Position numbers and translations under genes: made by a program
DNA from: Zygnema circumcarinatum SAG 698-1b
Lineage: Eukaryota > Plantae > Zygnematophyceae
Length of the DNA stretch: 64,000 bases
Reading direction: 5' to 3'
Assembly (NCBI GenBank): GCA_037447605.1
Contig: CM074804.1
Coordinates: 4,627,909 to 4,691,908 of the forward strand
In this document: positions 49,992 through 60,458 of the stretch, in pieces
Layout: every line of letters begins with the position of its first letter
Numbering within the stretch: position 1 is the first letter of the stretch
The notes under the pieces: model-generated
Told to the model about the DNA's origin: nothing
The model's database searches: none
The model's input: only the letters and a program-made list of their open reading frames with translations

Positions 49992-50421
49992 GCGGTGCCC
50001 AGCGAGGTGCAGGCCCGGAAGCCGCAGCTTCCTCCGCTGCAGAGACGACACAATCGTGCCTGCCGCCCTCAATAATAAGGTAGAGAGCGAGATTAGAACC
50101 ACTGCACGCTCTGCCTGTGCCCGTCCCAATGTCCTCCGCGTCCGTCCCGAGGGCCTCCCTGTTTGCCTGTCTGTCTGTCTGATGTGATGCCTCAAACCAT
50201 AATTGCCAGATGCAGCACACGCCGAGCGAGCGAGGGAGGGAGAGAGGCCCCGCCAGTCCTCGCGGCTCCTCTCGCGCGCTCGTGCGGTCAAACGCATTAC
50301 GGGGGCGAAAGGCACGCGTGACGTCACGCGTTGACTGCCGGCAAGGGCCGAACTAGGGATGGTCACAAAATTGTTATTATTTTTTAATTATTTTCAAACC
50401 GGGATTTTTAAATAATGGGTA

Positions 50422-51289
50422 CAGTCTAATCACGTTATAGTGTCCATGTCGGTCCCCACTATAGATCCGTATGTATCAAACGCGTGTATTAATACACTGT
50501 ATAATACATGCGTATTATACAACATTTTAAAAATACAGTGTATTTTTAATGTATTTAACGTATTTTTTTTATTTTCGTGGTTAGTTGAACAAAATTTGAT
50601 TATAATATTGAAATTCCAGAACTTGCCAAGTCACGTCACTTGCCAAACACTCAACACGTGTGACTTGGTCCGTACACGTTCGTACACTCATTCCGTACAT
50701 AATTTCCGTACGGGTCTATGTTCCGATTGTACGGCTGTTAACAGTTGCGTTAAGGTATTATACAGTGTATAATACAGTATTAATACTGTATTATACATTG
50801 TATCGAACCTCAAAGTGTATAATACGGATCTATAGTCCCCACACATTTGTGTCACTATATCGGTAATGACCCGTTTGTCGTTTCACATTTATAGTAACAA
50901 TGTTATTACATATGTTTTTTGCGGTATATCCGTACGACTTTGATACCGTACAGTGTACTTTTTGGGCAGTCGTCACGTGGGTAGGTGTGTACGAACCCTA
51001 GTGAGCATGTGTACGGACAACTTGATATGTACGGTCAAGTCGATATCTGACGATATTAGTCGATAATGTGTACGGTCGTAAATATATTTGTAACGCATAT
51101 TCCGATACGTGGGTGGATAATATCGACATTTTGAATATATAGTAACAATCAGGGTTTTTAAACGTCATTATATCCGTAATGGCGTCACTACTGGCGCAGG
51201 ATCTGCAGTGGTGCAATTCCGTTCCCGGAAAAAAGTCAGTATATTCATGCTGTTCTTATAAACAGTGTCACTATAACGTGATTAGACTG
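50422..51289. mobile_element. Tc1/mariner (pogo-like) MITE, copy 1
   Basis: 21-bp TIRs CAGTCTAATCACGTTATAGTG / CACTATAACGTGATTAGACTG flanked by TA (50420-21, 51290-91). The body matches 61930-62413 in inverted orientation. Confidence 0.9.
50460..50834. mobile_element. 375-bp AT-rich MITE with an 8-bp TSD, inserted inside the pogo-like MITE
   Basis: 13-bp TIRs TATAGATCCGTAT / ATACGGATCTATA and a perfect TSD gtccccac (50452-59, 50835-42). The second MITE copy (~62370-62390) shows the empty site with a single gtccccac. Confidence 0.9.
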
Positions 51290-52456
51290 TAATTCAAAAT
51301 TATTATTTAAAATTACATGCTGATGTCATGTCATGCCGCGATGGTGTCACACCATGGTGAGTGAGTGCGGCCGGTGGTGGGCGAGTCCGGCGAGTACCGA
51401 CTTTTGTCAGAACTTCTGGGGGAGGATGTGGCTTTGATCTCACGATGGCGAGGCCATCAAATGTACATGGACAAAAGCAGCATGGGGAACCACGAGGGAC
51501 TGGTCGCAAAAGGACCCAAGCACAAAAGAAAGAAGCTAAGAGCGGAAAACTACGCCTAGATTCAACAACGCCGCCCTCCCTAGAAGTAGCCGCGAAGGCC
51601 GCCGATGTGCGGCACATCACACCGCGCGGAGGGAGGGAGGGAGGGAGCGGCGGAAGGCCACCGACACGGCCACCAACACCCGCAGCATGCCCAAGGAGCA
51701 TAGAAGCGAAGAGGGCAACGCTGACGGGCGATGGACGTACGCTGTCGATAGATAAGTAGCGAGGAGCACAGCAGTATGCGATATCTGTATCGCTGACAAG
51801 ACGCGCCTACTTCTATTCATGCATGCAGAATGCACCGAGACGCTGCACAAATCATGCGGTCAAATTACACATTGTCAAAATTGTGGCCTAGCCGTTCTCT
51901 GCAAGTCTGACCTCCATAAGCCGGTCAGGTGTGTAGAGTTGGCCACACACTTCTGCAGACGCAGAATTGGAACTAGTGACGGTAGAGGCCCAAGCATGGA
52001 GTCCAGCCTTCAAGCAGTTTCATGGGTCGATGTGGAACCTTCCGACATAACCATAAGCAAAACAACTCCATAGGGTTTTTAGGATCATAGGGTCACAGCA
52101 CGAATGCCTTTCACTCTGCTACTAACAAGGCTATATTCTCACGAGTCCAAATTGTTGGAGCAAAAGAAAGAAAGAAGAAAAAAAAAAAAAAAAAAAGAAA
52201 AAAAAAGAAAAAAGAAAAAAAAAAAAAGAAAGGAAAGGAAAGGAAAGGAGAGGGGGAGACCTGACTATGTGACAATGTATCACATCGGTTTCCGTGCGAA
52301 GCCTACAATAACACGATACGTCAACGTCGCCGTTTTTTCTGTCCCTCTACATCTATCGGCCATTACCTTCTCTAGTTCAAACCTGCCCTTGCCATTGAAC
52401 AACGCGGGGAGTGTTCGGTCAACCGCCCTTGGTCTCCGCCCGATCTCCCTCTTCTC

Positions 52457-54226
52457 CTACCTCCATGGAAGACTTCCACTGTACAGTTCCGTCCCGCAAT
52501 GCAAAAACAGTTGCTGAATTTCTGGACAGCCTTGAGGGTATGGCAGGCTTCGAGCAAAGGGGTCTCGCAGAAGCCTCTTCTCCGAGAGGACTCCATTGCA
52601 GCCGTAGGGGTCCCGTTCGAACAGCTGCCGCGTCTTCTCTTCCCCCAATTTTGCATTTCTTTGGCCTGCAGGCACACCTGGTGTCCCGACAAAAAGGAAC
52701 CGATTCCTGGGAAAGCCCAAGGCAGATCGATGAAGCTCTCCGAATCGTTTTTCCTTGAAGTCATAGCTCACCACCTGCAAACCGCGATGCGTATTAACAG
52801 CTACGGCAAATATATGTGGCTTTCAGCTTCCAGCTAGTTGGTTTTCGAGAATGATCATGCAAGGACACTATTATAACTTGACCACCTTTCCTCCATAAGG
52901 AACTTCGAATCAGATATAAGCAGCTTATCTTTTCTTAGTTCAACAGCCGGTGGCCAAGAAAGGAATGAAGATCTCTAATTCAAACGAACAGACCGCGCTC
53001 CTTTTTTTTTACGACAAAATCAAGTCATGGATGATGCACAGAAAGACCAGCCAGGAAGTGGCTCTTACAGTTATGTTCTCCGGATAGACCCCCGTGAGCT
53101 CCCTGAAGCGGCATATGCTAAACAGCACATTTTCAAAACTGTCGCGAGCATTCTCCTCTGTCAGGGCTCTCTCCATCACCTCCGGATGATCTGTCCTTCC
53201 AACCACCATTGCTATTATCCCCTTAGTCAATTCACCCATAGCTTCTTTCCCAGACAAAGCCCTCAACAAGGGAATGTGCTGACAGTGGAAGCCAGAATTT
53301 TGCCACGAGTACAGAAATCTGTCGGTCTAAAGGATACATACTAGACAACACTCATTCGCTTATCCCATATTAGGGACATCGAAGCCCGAATAATAATGTT
53401 AGGAGCACATTTTCTCCATTGACAGATACATTGCAGCTTACGTTCCATACCTTCAACATCTAGAAAATTACCCGGTGCTATGTACACATCGTTCTAGTTC
53501 CTACATTTTGAATGGCCCATTTTCAACATGGCATCCTCTGCGAAGGCTGCTAGCTTCACATTTTTAAGACAAGCGTGCGCAGTTCCTAATTCTGCACGCA
53601 CCGAACCATCCCGCGCCCTCCGCCAGCCCCCAGTAGCTCTGCGCCTCTGTGCGCGGTCCGGCCGCCCTCCTCGTCTGCCCTCCGCTGAAGAGCAGCAGCG
53701 CCGCGGGGTCCTGAGCGGCCTTCTCCACTCCCGCCCGAATGTGCTCTACGAAGGTCGCGGCCTGCCCCTGCAGCCTCTGGTAGGGCTCCAGAAACCACGA
53801 GTCCTCACTCATCACACTCCCGCAGCGCGTGCTCGTGTACACAGAATGCCCGGCAACCATGACAAGGTTGCGGAGACCGTCATAGGGGTAGGAGGAGCGG
53901 AGAGGAGAGGGATGAGTAGTGAGAAAGGTGGAAGCAGCTCCGCTGCTCGTGAAAAGGCCCCCGCTCCGCCTTGCAACGACGAGCAGCAGGAAGGAGAGAA
54001 GGAGAATGAGAAGCACGAGGAGGACGTTGTTCTTCTGCAAGCGGTGGAGCGGCATTCCGCAGAGGGTGAGGCGGCGGAGGAGGAAGGAGGCGCTGCGGCG
54101 GCGGCGGCGGGAGGGTGAGGAGGAGGAAGGGAGGAGAGGGCCGAGCCCTGCCTCGAGGTCGGGAAAGGTCGGGCTATGGCGGAAGACGTAGGAGTCGGAG
54201 CGGGCGAGGGTGAAGGGCACGCGCAT
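52457..54226 (-). CDS. Conserved uncharacterised protein of the yeast YOR238W / S. pombe C57A10.07 family (DUF218-like Rossmann fold) with an N-terminal TM anchor; 3 exons
   Basis: PDLEAG, TM segment [27 protein letters not shown]...WFLEPYQ...[10 protein letters not shown]...[23 protein letters not shown]|[34 protein letters not shown]|[22 protein letters not shown]...FERDPYGC...RDPF...YPQGCPEI...YSGSLPWR*. An alternative start lies at 54055. Confidence 0.88.
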
Positions 54227-54246
54227 GGCGGGGGGGCGTGCTGCCC

Positions 54247-54301
54247 GCCACGTGGCGCGCTGGAAGGGCGGCACAAATGGGCTGCCCGCGCGCCACGTGG
54301 C
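54247..54301. promoter_or_regulatory. Two perfect palindromic G-boxes (GCCACGTGGC) just upstream of the YOR238W-like gene
   Basis: At 54247-54256 and 54292-54301. Function is inferred from bZIP/bHLH G-box binding in plants. Confidence 0.4.
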
Positions 54302-54569
54302 GGGCGGCCATGGCGCAGAAGGTCGGGGAGAAACCGCGGGCTCCGGGCAGCACGTGATTCGCCGAGCGGACATGAGCCAGTTAAGCGTGGCGCGGAACGA
54401 CACGGAACGAGACTCAGCTGAACTGAACTGCACTGCTCTGCGCTGAACTTGACTGGAGCTGTGGCGCGCCGTAGCTGTCGATAGGCCCGTACGGTGGTAG
54501 GTAGGTCATGTGCAGCCGGTTCACACTGCGTCAACATTGTCTTGTCCTTGTCCTTTGTCTTGTTGTTGA

Positions 54570-54620
54570 ATGCCCATGCCCATGCCCATGCCCCATGCCC
54601 ATGCCCATGCCCATGCCCAT
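54570..54620 (-). repeat. (GGGCAT)~8 microsatellite on the minus strand
   Basis: atgcccatgcccatgcccatgccccatgcccatgcccatgcccatgcccat; the same unit as at 8221. Confidence 0.9.
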
Positions 54621-54924
54621 CACATCCGCTTTCTGCACCTCCTGTTTCGTGCGTCTGTCCGTGCCACTCGCCCCGAGCAAACATCACTTCGCCTGTCTCC
54701 TCTCGTCTGTCACGTTGACAGCCGCGCGTTTCGTACGCGGTGTAGCGTAACGGAGCTGCGCTCGACGGATCCGCGTCCATTCAGTTGTACTTGAGATATT
54801 CATATTCAGTGTCACGGACCGGCATAATCCAGGAGTTGCCGACGGAAAATGCGGGAAGGCGGCGCCATGTGTTGGCGGCCCACGGAACAACACACCATCC
54901 AGCAAGGCGCACTCNNNNNNNNNN

Positions 54925-55930
54925 GGGCAAAACCTTATACTGGAAATGACCAATCGGCATTCAGAACGCAGTTTTTGGCACATCAGCTTCCGTAACGCGG
55001 ATCTGATGATACCCCTGAGCAAGGTCAAGTGAAGTAAACACTTTGGCGCCGTGAAGACGATCCAACAGATCATCAATACGTGGTAAAGCAAATCGATTCT
55101 TTAGGGTGATCTTGTTGAGTGCGCAATAATCAATGCACATCCTCAACGATCCATCTTTCTTGCCAACAAACAAGATGGGCGCCCCAAAAGGGCTTTGACT
55201 GGGCTCAATCCAGCCTTTGTCACGTAAAGTGGCCAATTGCTTTCGCATTTCCTCGGTTACCTTAGGGCTTAATCGATAGATCGGCCACCAAGGCGGCTTT
55301 TGCTCAGGCTCAAGAGGGATTGTGTGCCCCACCCCTCTAGATGGTGGCAACCCTCTTGGAAGGTCGTCAGGGAAGACATCCTTGAATTCATCCAACAAAG
55401 GTTGGATCTGGGATGGAACAGCCGAGAGCACATCCGTAGATGTGATCTGCCACTCCTGATCTTCGTCATGAACATCCTCAGTGGCTGTCATGACATGCAC
55501 CATGAACAAGGTGCAACCCTCATGCTTACTTTTGGCCAATTTACTTAGCCGGCTGAGATAAGGAGTATCAACGATACTTGATGGATGTGCGTTTGCGGGG
55601 GTGCGGTGTGATGCGCACATCCCCACTTTGTCTTGAGGAATGCGATTGTAGGATGGAAAGTCCAGTGGGCTTTGACCATGGTTAACCAAGCACTCTAAAA
55701 ATAACATCCGTACGAGGAGGCGGTTGTGTCGAGAAGACACTTCCTTGCCCGAGGTAGGATTGAACTGATGCTTGAGTGTGGCGATGCTAGAGGTCGGCGT
55801 GACCATCCGAAGTAACACTTTCCGGAATGGGGATGCAATGGTCAGCAAACCTTTGGGTGAATCACCGGAAAGTAACAAAGTTAGCATCTGCCCCATTATC
55901 TAGCGAGTATAAAGCTGTTTGGGTAGCCAT
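54925..55930 (-). pseudogene. gypsy pol fragment: aspartic protease and N-terminal reverse transcriptase, with stops and a frameshift
   Basis: Protease-like [10 protein letters not shown] (~55874-55903) and [10 protein letters not shown]. The RT reads [19 protein letters not shown]...HTIPLEP...PIYRLSP...[75 protein letters not shown]...KTAF*MPIGHFQYKVLP, then runs into the gap. Confidence 0.9.
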
Positions 55931-56539
55931 TAGGCGACCGGTGAAGGTCATGGCCGCGATGGGCAGATGGAACATAGATAGCGAGGTTGAGGGCAGGCAA
56001 ATCCTCACACCAAAGGTGTAAGGGTGACCCAGCTTGTGGCTGGTGGATCCTTCCATAAATGCGCACCAATTTGTGCCTTTCTCATAGTTAATTCCAACAG
56101 CCAAATGGCGTTGGGAAGAGTGCGAAGCGCCATGTCTTTGAGGAATGCGGCTATGCGATAGAACATGGGAGGTGTTTCCCATGACGTAAAGCATCCATGG
56201 CACATTGCGTAGAGACATCATAAGCCCATGACGTGAGGATAAAGACGTACCCGATCACCATTCATCCTTTACATCCGCCAAGCCCGAAGTCACTCTGGGT
56301 GGGGGGAGAGGGAAATGACGAGGGGAATTACCCATCACACACAAAGAGATCGTGCATTCCCAAAGGTCTGCCAACCAAGTTTAGAATGTCCGAGGTTTTA
56401 AGAAACAAATGTCCCCTAGTCCTGGCAGCAGTTTCCATCCTTCCCCCTAACCTAGCATGTCCACGGCAAGCGACCTAAAATTTGCTTTGAGGTGGGTTGA
56501 GACCTCGGCCTGCCCTTCTTGTCATACTTAGCGGCGTTG

Positions 56540-57976
56540 AAGGGAATTACGGGCCTTGTGCCCCTCCTTTAAGCGGAAACACTTGTTGCTCGCGCATCTT
56601 CTCATTTCCTCACCAGGTCAACCGCGACGTCGCGGTGGGTGGTGGCGGCCACGCAAGGCTGCTTGCGCTTGTTCTTTTCTGCCCGGTTTGGCGGGAAGTG
56701 AGGCCTCGCCTTCCACGACTACACATCCGCGTCGCTGACCTACTCTTGGGGTCAGGGAAGGGGAGCTACATGTCGCTGCGGCCGGTGTCCAGCCCGAATG
56801 GTTGCATCAAAGTGCCGGAAATTTCCAGAGTGTGAGGGTCCCACGGTTTTGGTCAGGTAGGTTAGTCACTCCATTTGCTTCCTCAGTGTGGCTTCCGGCT
56901 TCATTCTGAAGTGGAGAAAAAGAACTTCGGCAGCTGTCAGGGCTTGTGAGTGAGTGATTTGAGGCACCACTTGGCCTTGAGGTCTCGCGGCTAGCGGCAA
57001 CTGCCGGTTTGGACCATGTGCTGAAACTAATCCCTGGCCTCCAAGCCGTGATCCAAGGCCCCAAAGTGCTTGATAAGTTCATCTCTGAACTTATCCCAAT
57101 CGTCCCCAATCTCATCAGAGAGGCCCTCATACACCCGGTATGCGGCTCCTCTGAGTGCCGGGTAAGCAAAGCTTACCCACTGGAGGGGGGGACAGTTGGT
57201 CGCCAGAAGGTAACCCTTCGTTTGGCCCAACCACTGCTCAATCGAACAGTCCGTGTTAGGATGTTCGCCCCAAAAGGAAAGCGGGGCCACCTTGGCCCGA
57301 TTCCGTCGGACATCCTCAGTAGGTTGCGGAGGAGCAGTTCGAGGACTGGGATCTCCTCCGCCCGGCGCGGCCGGGGGTCCCCCAACTGGCGGGTGGTTAA
57401 ATACTTTCCCCAGCCAGGGTGACTCCCCGATGGAAAAACGAGGGGGTCGGACCTGCGGTACGCCCCGGCTGACTGGTTCGAAGGCGTCGGGAATGACGGC
57501 TTGGCTCGGTTTACCTAACCCCTTCCCGGGACTCTTTGCATCTGCCTCTCTGACACAGGGGGTTGGGGCATACCTTCCTCGATCCTCCGGAGCCTGTCCG
57601 AAAGGCCCCGGAACTCCATTTGGAGCGTGTCCACCAGGCGGCGGACCGTGAGCTCCATGTCGTCCATCCTCCCAGGGTAACCCCTGGTGTCCGCGACGAC
57701 CTGAGTCACCTCCCTCCCCAAATCTGCGATCCTTTTCATACAGGATGTGCCAATCTGATGATGGCGTCTCATCCATGGGAAAAGAGCGGGAACTTCATAC
57801 ATTTGCTTGCATCGGCGTGGGGAAGAGGCCGGGATGCGCGGATGGCACAGGAGCCATCCGTGGAGTTGAAGGCTGAGCCCCTCCATGGGGGTGGCCGCAG
57901 TCTCCGAGTTCTCCTCCATCACCTCGTCCCGTGGGGACGGGTGGTGGAGGTGGCGGCCCTGAGGGCCCCGGGTCAC
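56540..57976 (-). pseudogene. gypsy gag, disrupted
   Basis: Capsid-like IEQWLGQTKGYL...WVSFAYPALRGAAYRVYE...WDKFRDELIKHFG...EARD* with in-frame stops and frameshifts. A degenerate CCHC knuckle, CFRLKEGHKARNS, lies at ~56545-56587. Confidence 0.75.
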
Positions 57977-58797
57977 CTCCGGCCCGGCGAGTGGTCACCA
58001 TGACCAGCGGGTTCCTTCCCAAGAAAGAAACCTGGCTACGTGCAAATGTCCGCGGTGGCGGGAAATCTGCTCGCCCGGCTGCGGAACAACACCCGGCACT
58101 CGAGTTGGTGGCGAGGCAAGAAGCGAAGGCCCGAGGTGGGGAGCAGCCACAGTGGGGGTGCAGCGAATCTTGATGCGTTGATTTGGGTGACGGCGGTGCT
58201 TGCGCCTGCGCTTCCCGTCAAACCTCCTACCCGGCATGGAGGATTGGGCGAGGCGTCCAATGTGAGGCTGCCGTGTCCTCGGCCGATAGATTGAGAGGTA
58301 TTACAACAATACGAACGCTCACCGCATTCAGCGGCCTTGGCGCCCTTGTGGCCAGCCGTCGCGATCCTTTGCCTGCCGGTCCGGATCCTCGCGTAGCGGG
58401 TTGTTGTCGGCTTTCCGTCCCGTACCAGCGGTGACCGTAGTATGCGGACGGCCGGTTCACGTTCAAAGCGTGGGGAGATGTGGTCGGGATTCCGTGATCA
58501 CCGACCACATCGTGACCTTGATACATATATGTCTCGGTATACCGCGCGCTCCGAACCCTTGCAACCTTAAGGTTGATCCCGAGTTCCCTTCACGGTCTAA
58601 GGTGGTCCCGGCGCCTTGGCCACTTTCGGCCCTTGCCGAGGTGAGAGCACTAGGGCCGGGCGCTATTTTCCAGAGTGGGTATTGTAGCGTTTCCTTCATG
58701 ACTATCGAAGCTCCAAGTAGTCGGTCGAGGCCTCTCGGTGGGCGGTGTGTCAGAGGCCCCATCCGCTGCATGAAGGCTTCGAGGATCTCTTATTAGG

Positions 58798-59076
58798 TGT
58801 TGGTAGATGGGATATGGGTGATGCTAGTTTGTCTTTTAGTGCTGGGCTTAGTATTTGTATTTGCTGTGTGGTTTGTTGTCTTGTTCTTCTCTTCTTCCTC
58901 TTCAGTTCCAGCAACAGATGCTAAGTGTGACAGAGAGAGGGAGTTCCATGTCATAGATATAGAGAGAGAGAGAAAGAGTCTTCTTGCTGATAGCGTTTAG
59001 ACGTCCCATTCAGCCCAGCTAGACAAGATTTCAGTGAGGAAGATCCTTTCATTATGGCTACTTTATCTGACCAACA
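58798..59076. mobile_element. Putative 279-bp solo LTR of an unrelated family, inserted in the gypsy 5' region
   Basis: Inverted termini TGTTGGTAGA...TCTGACCAACA, with 5-bp flanks ttagg/tttgg (1 mismatch). Confidence 0.5.
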
Positions 59077-60458
59077 TTTGGTGGGGTGACTTTCCAAATA
59101 CAACCCGCTATCTAAGGTGGGTCTGTTTTTCCCTTCTTTGTCACTATGCCAAGGATTACCACCTTGTTCTATCACGCCTTACATTCCTCCCAATGACCAA
59201 TGATAGCCCAGAGCTATCTAAAGAGACTGGCAGGGGAGGGGCCGGGGAAGAGAGGGGGCCCTTGAAGGGGCTCTTTCTCGAGGTCAACGCGGTGGGAACA
59301 TCTTAGGGGATCCCTACGTCTTCCGGCTGGCAGCGGCGTACCTCACGAATCCCCGGATCCACGGCCTATCTTTAACGGCGGACCCGGCACCAACCCAGCC
59401 GCTTCATCGGTTTTGGCCGCGGGCCGGTGGCGTGCGACTGCAACTAGCTACGTGATTTCCCGCCAACCCACTTATCTTGGTATGGTACGAGAAGGTTTCT
59501 GCGGATCCGCGTACCTTGATCGTGGTACTTGCCCGATGCGTGACCCGTGTCGGCCGCCATGGATGAAAACGCAACAAGAGGGACAAGCGGATCTTCCATG
59601 AGTATTGATGAACTTGGGACCTCCAAGAAGAAAAAGCGAGGCGTCGAATCAGGGCGGTTCCGGACTTCGGAGGAAGAAGCGGTCGAGAGGAAGCGAAGAT
59701 GGGCATCGAAGAGAACCCTTATCCCAGTTTGGCTTACCTTGAGCAGATCGAGTCGATTGAAGAGCTGCAGCGACTCCACCTAGGCAGTGATGGCCATAAA
59801 CTTCGCTGGCGATATGCACGCAGGATGATCAAGCTTGCAGCCTGCCCAGTTGCTGTAACGGCCGCAGATGCCGTGAAGAGAGGAGTTCCGTTCGAACCTG
59901 AGATCCCCCCTGCGGCCCACCAGAGACAAAACCCACGAGATCTCAGTCGGATAACTACTGCACCAGGAGTCCCTTCAAGCACAGCAGCGGCACGCAGTCC
60001 TACAGCAGAGCAAGGGATTCCTCAGAAGACACCCTCACCTCCGGCGTTCACAACTTACCCATCCGGNNNNNNNNNNCATCTTCAGGATCCCTACGTCTTC
60101 CGCTGCGCGTACCTCTGAATCCCCCGGATCCTGGCTCTATGCTGCAGGCAGACCCACGGCACCAACCCAACCCTTCATCAGTTTCAGCACGGACGCGCGA
60201 GTGGCCGTACAACACCTGCAACTAGCTCAGCAGTTTCCCCTTAACCCCACTTATCTTGTGCTACAGCGGTCTTGCGAGGTACAGTACTGTACTGTACTGC
60301 GGTACCCGCCCCCGCGCCCGCCCGCCCAGTGAAAGCGGCGACCCCGTTGAGAGTGACGGTCCCGCATGCCGCGCAGCACAGCGCAGCGCAGCGATTGGCG
60401 GAGCCCGGGCCGCATCAAAAAAAAAACAACGCGCCCGCTCAGCTCTGCGGCCCCACGC

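Larger units (their letters stand above)
50354..51600. mobile_element. Left portion of a hAT-like element (TAGGGATGG terminus) hosting two nested insertions; right end not found
   Basis: tagggatggtcacaaaattgtt at 50354 has the same terminus and the same layout (AT-rich, then gtca-rich) as the 25223 element. The right boundary given is arbitrary. Confidence 0.5.
54741..60265 (-). mobile_element. Decayed Ty3/gypsy (Tf2/chromovirus-like) LTR retrotransposon; both LTRs are interrupted by scaffold gaps
   Basis: Termini are TGTAGCGT... and ...GTGCTACA, with a 4-bp TSD gcgg (54737-40, 60266-69). 54741-54914 and 60077-60265 match the two halves of the LTR at 63417-63869 (14 mismatches in 174 bp and 9 in 189 bp, counted by eye). 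gag-PR-RT lies on the minus strand. N gaps are at 54915-54924 and 60067-60076; RNase H and integrase are not visible. Integrity across the gaps is assumed from the TSD. Confidence 0.85.

Noticed and set aside
51550-51592. CTAG motifs as possible Helitron 3' ends for the shared 150-bp segment
   Set aside because: No GC-rich hairpin lies at the expected distance, there is no A|T insertion site, and homology continues past the CTAG.
52160-52255. Long A-rich tract as a possible retroposon poly(A) tail
   Set aside because: It is interrupted by G and grades into GAAAG repeats, with no associated LINE/SINE body or TSD. Treated as low-complexity sequence.
53528-54780. 322-aa minus-strand and 196-aa plus-strand ORFs
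   Set aside because: They are alternative frames or the antisense of the YOR238W-like exon 1 plus microsatellite sequence.
54741-60265. A1-[ORFs]-B1-A2-B2 layout resembling DIRS/Ngaro split direct repeats
   Set aside because: The RT and protease are gypsy-type, the termini are TG...CA with a TSD, no tyrosine recombinase is visible, and the inner repeats are far more diverged than split direct repeats would be.
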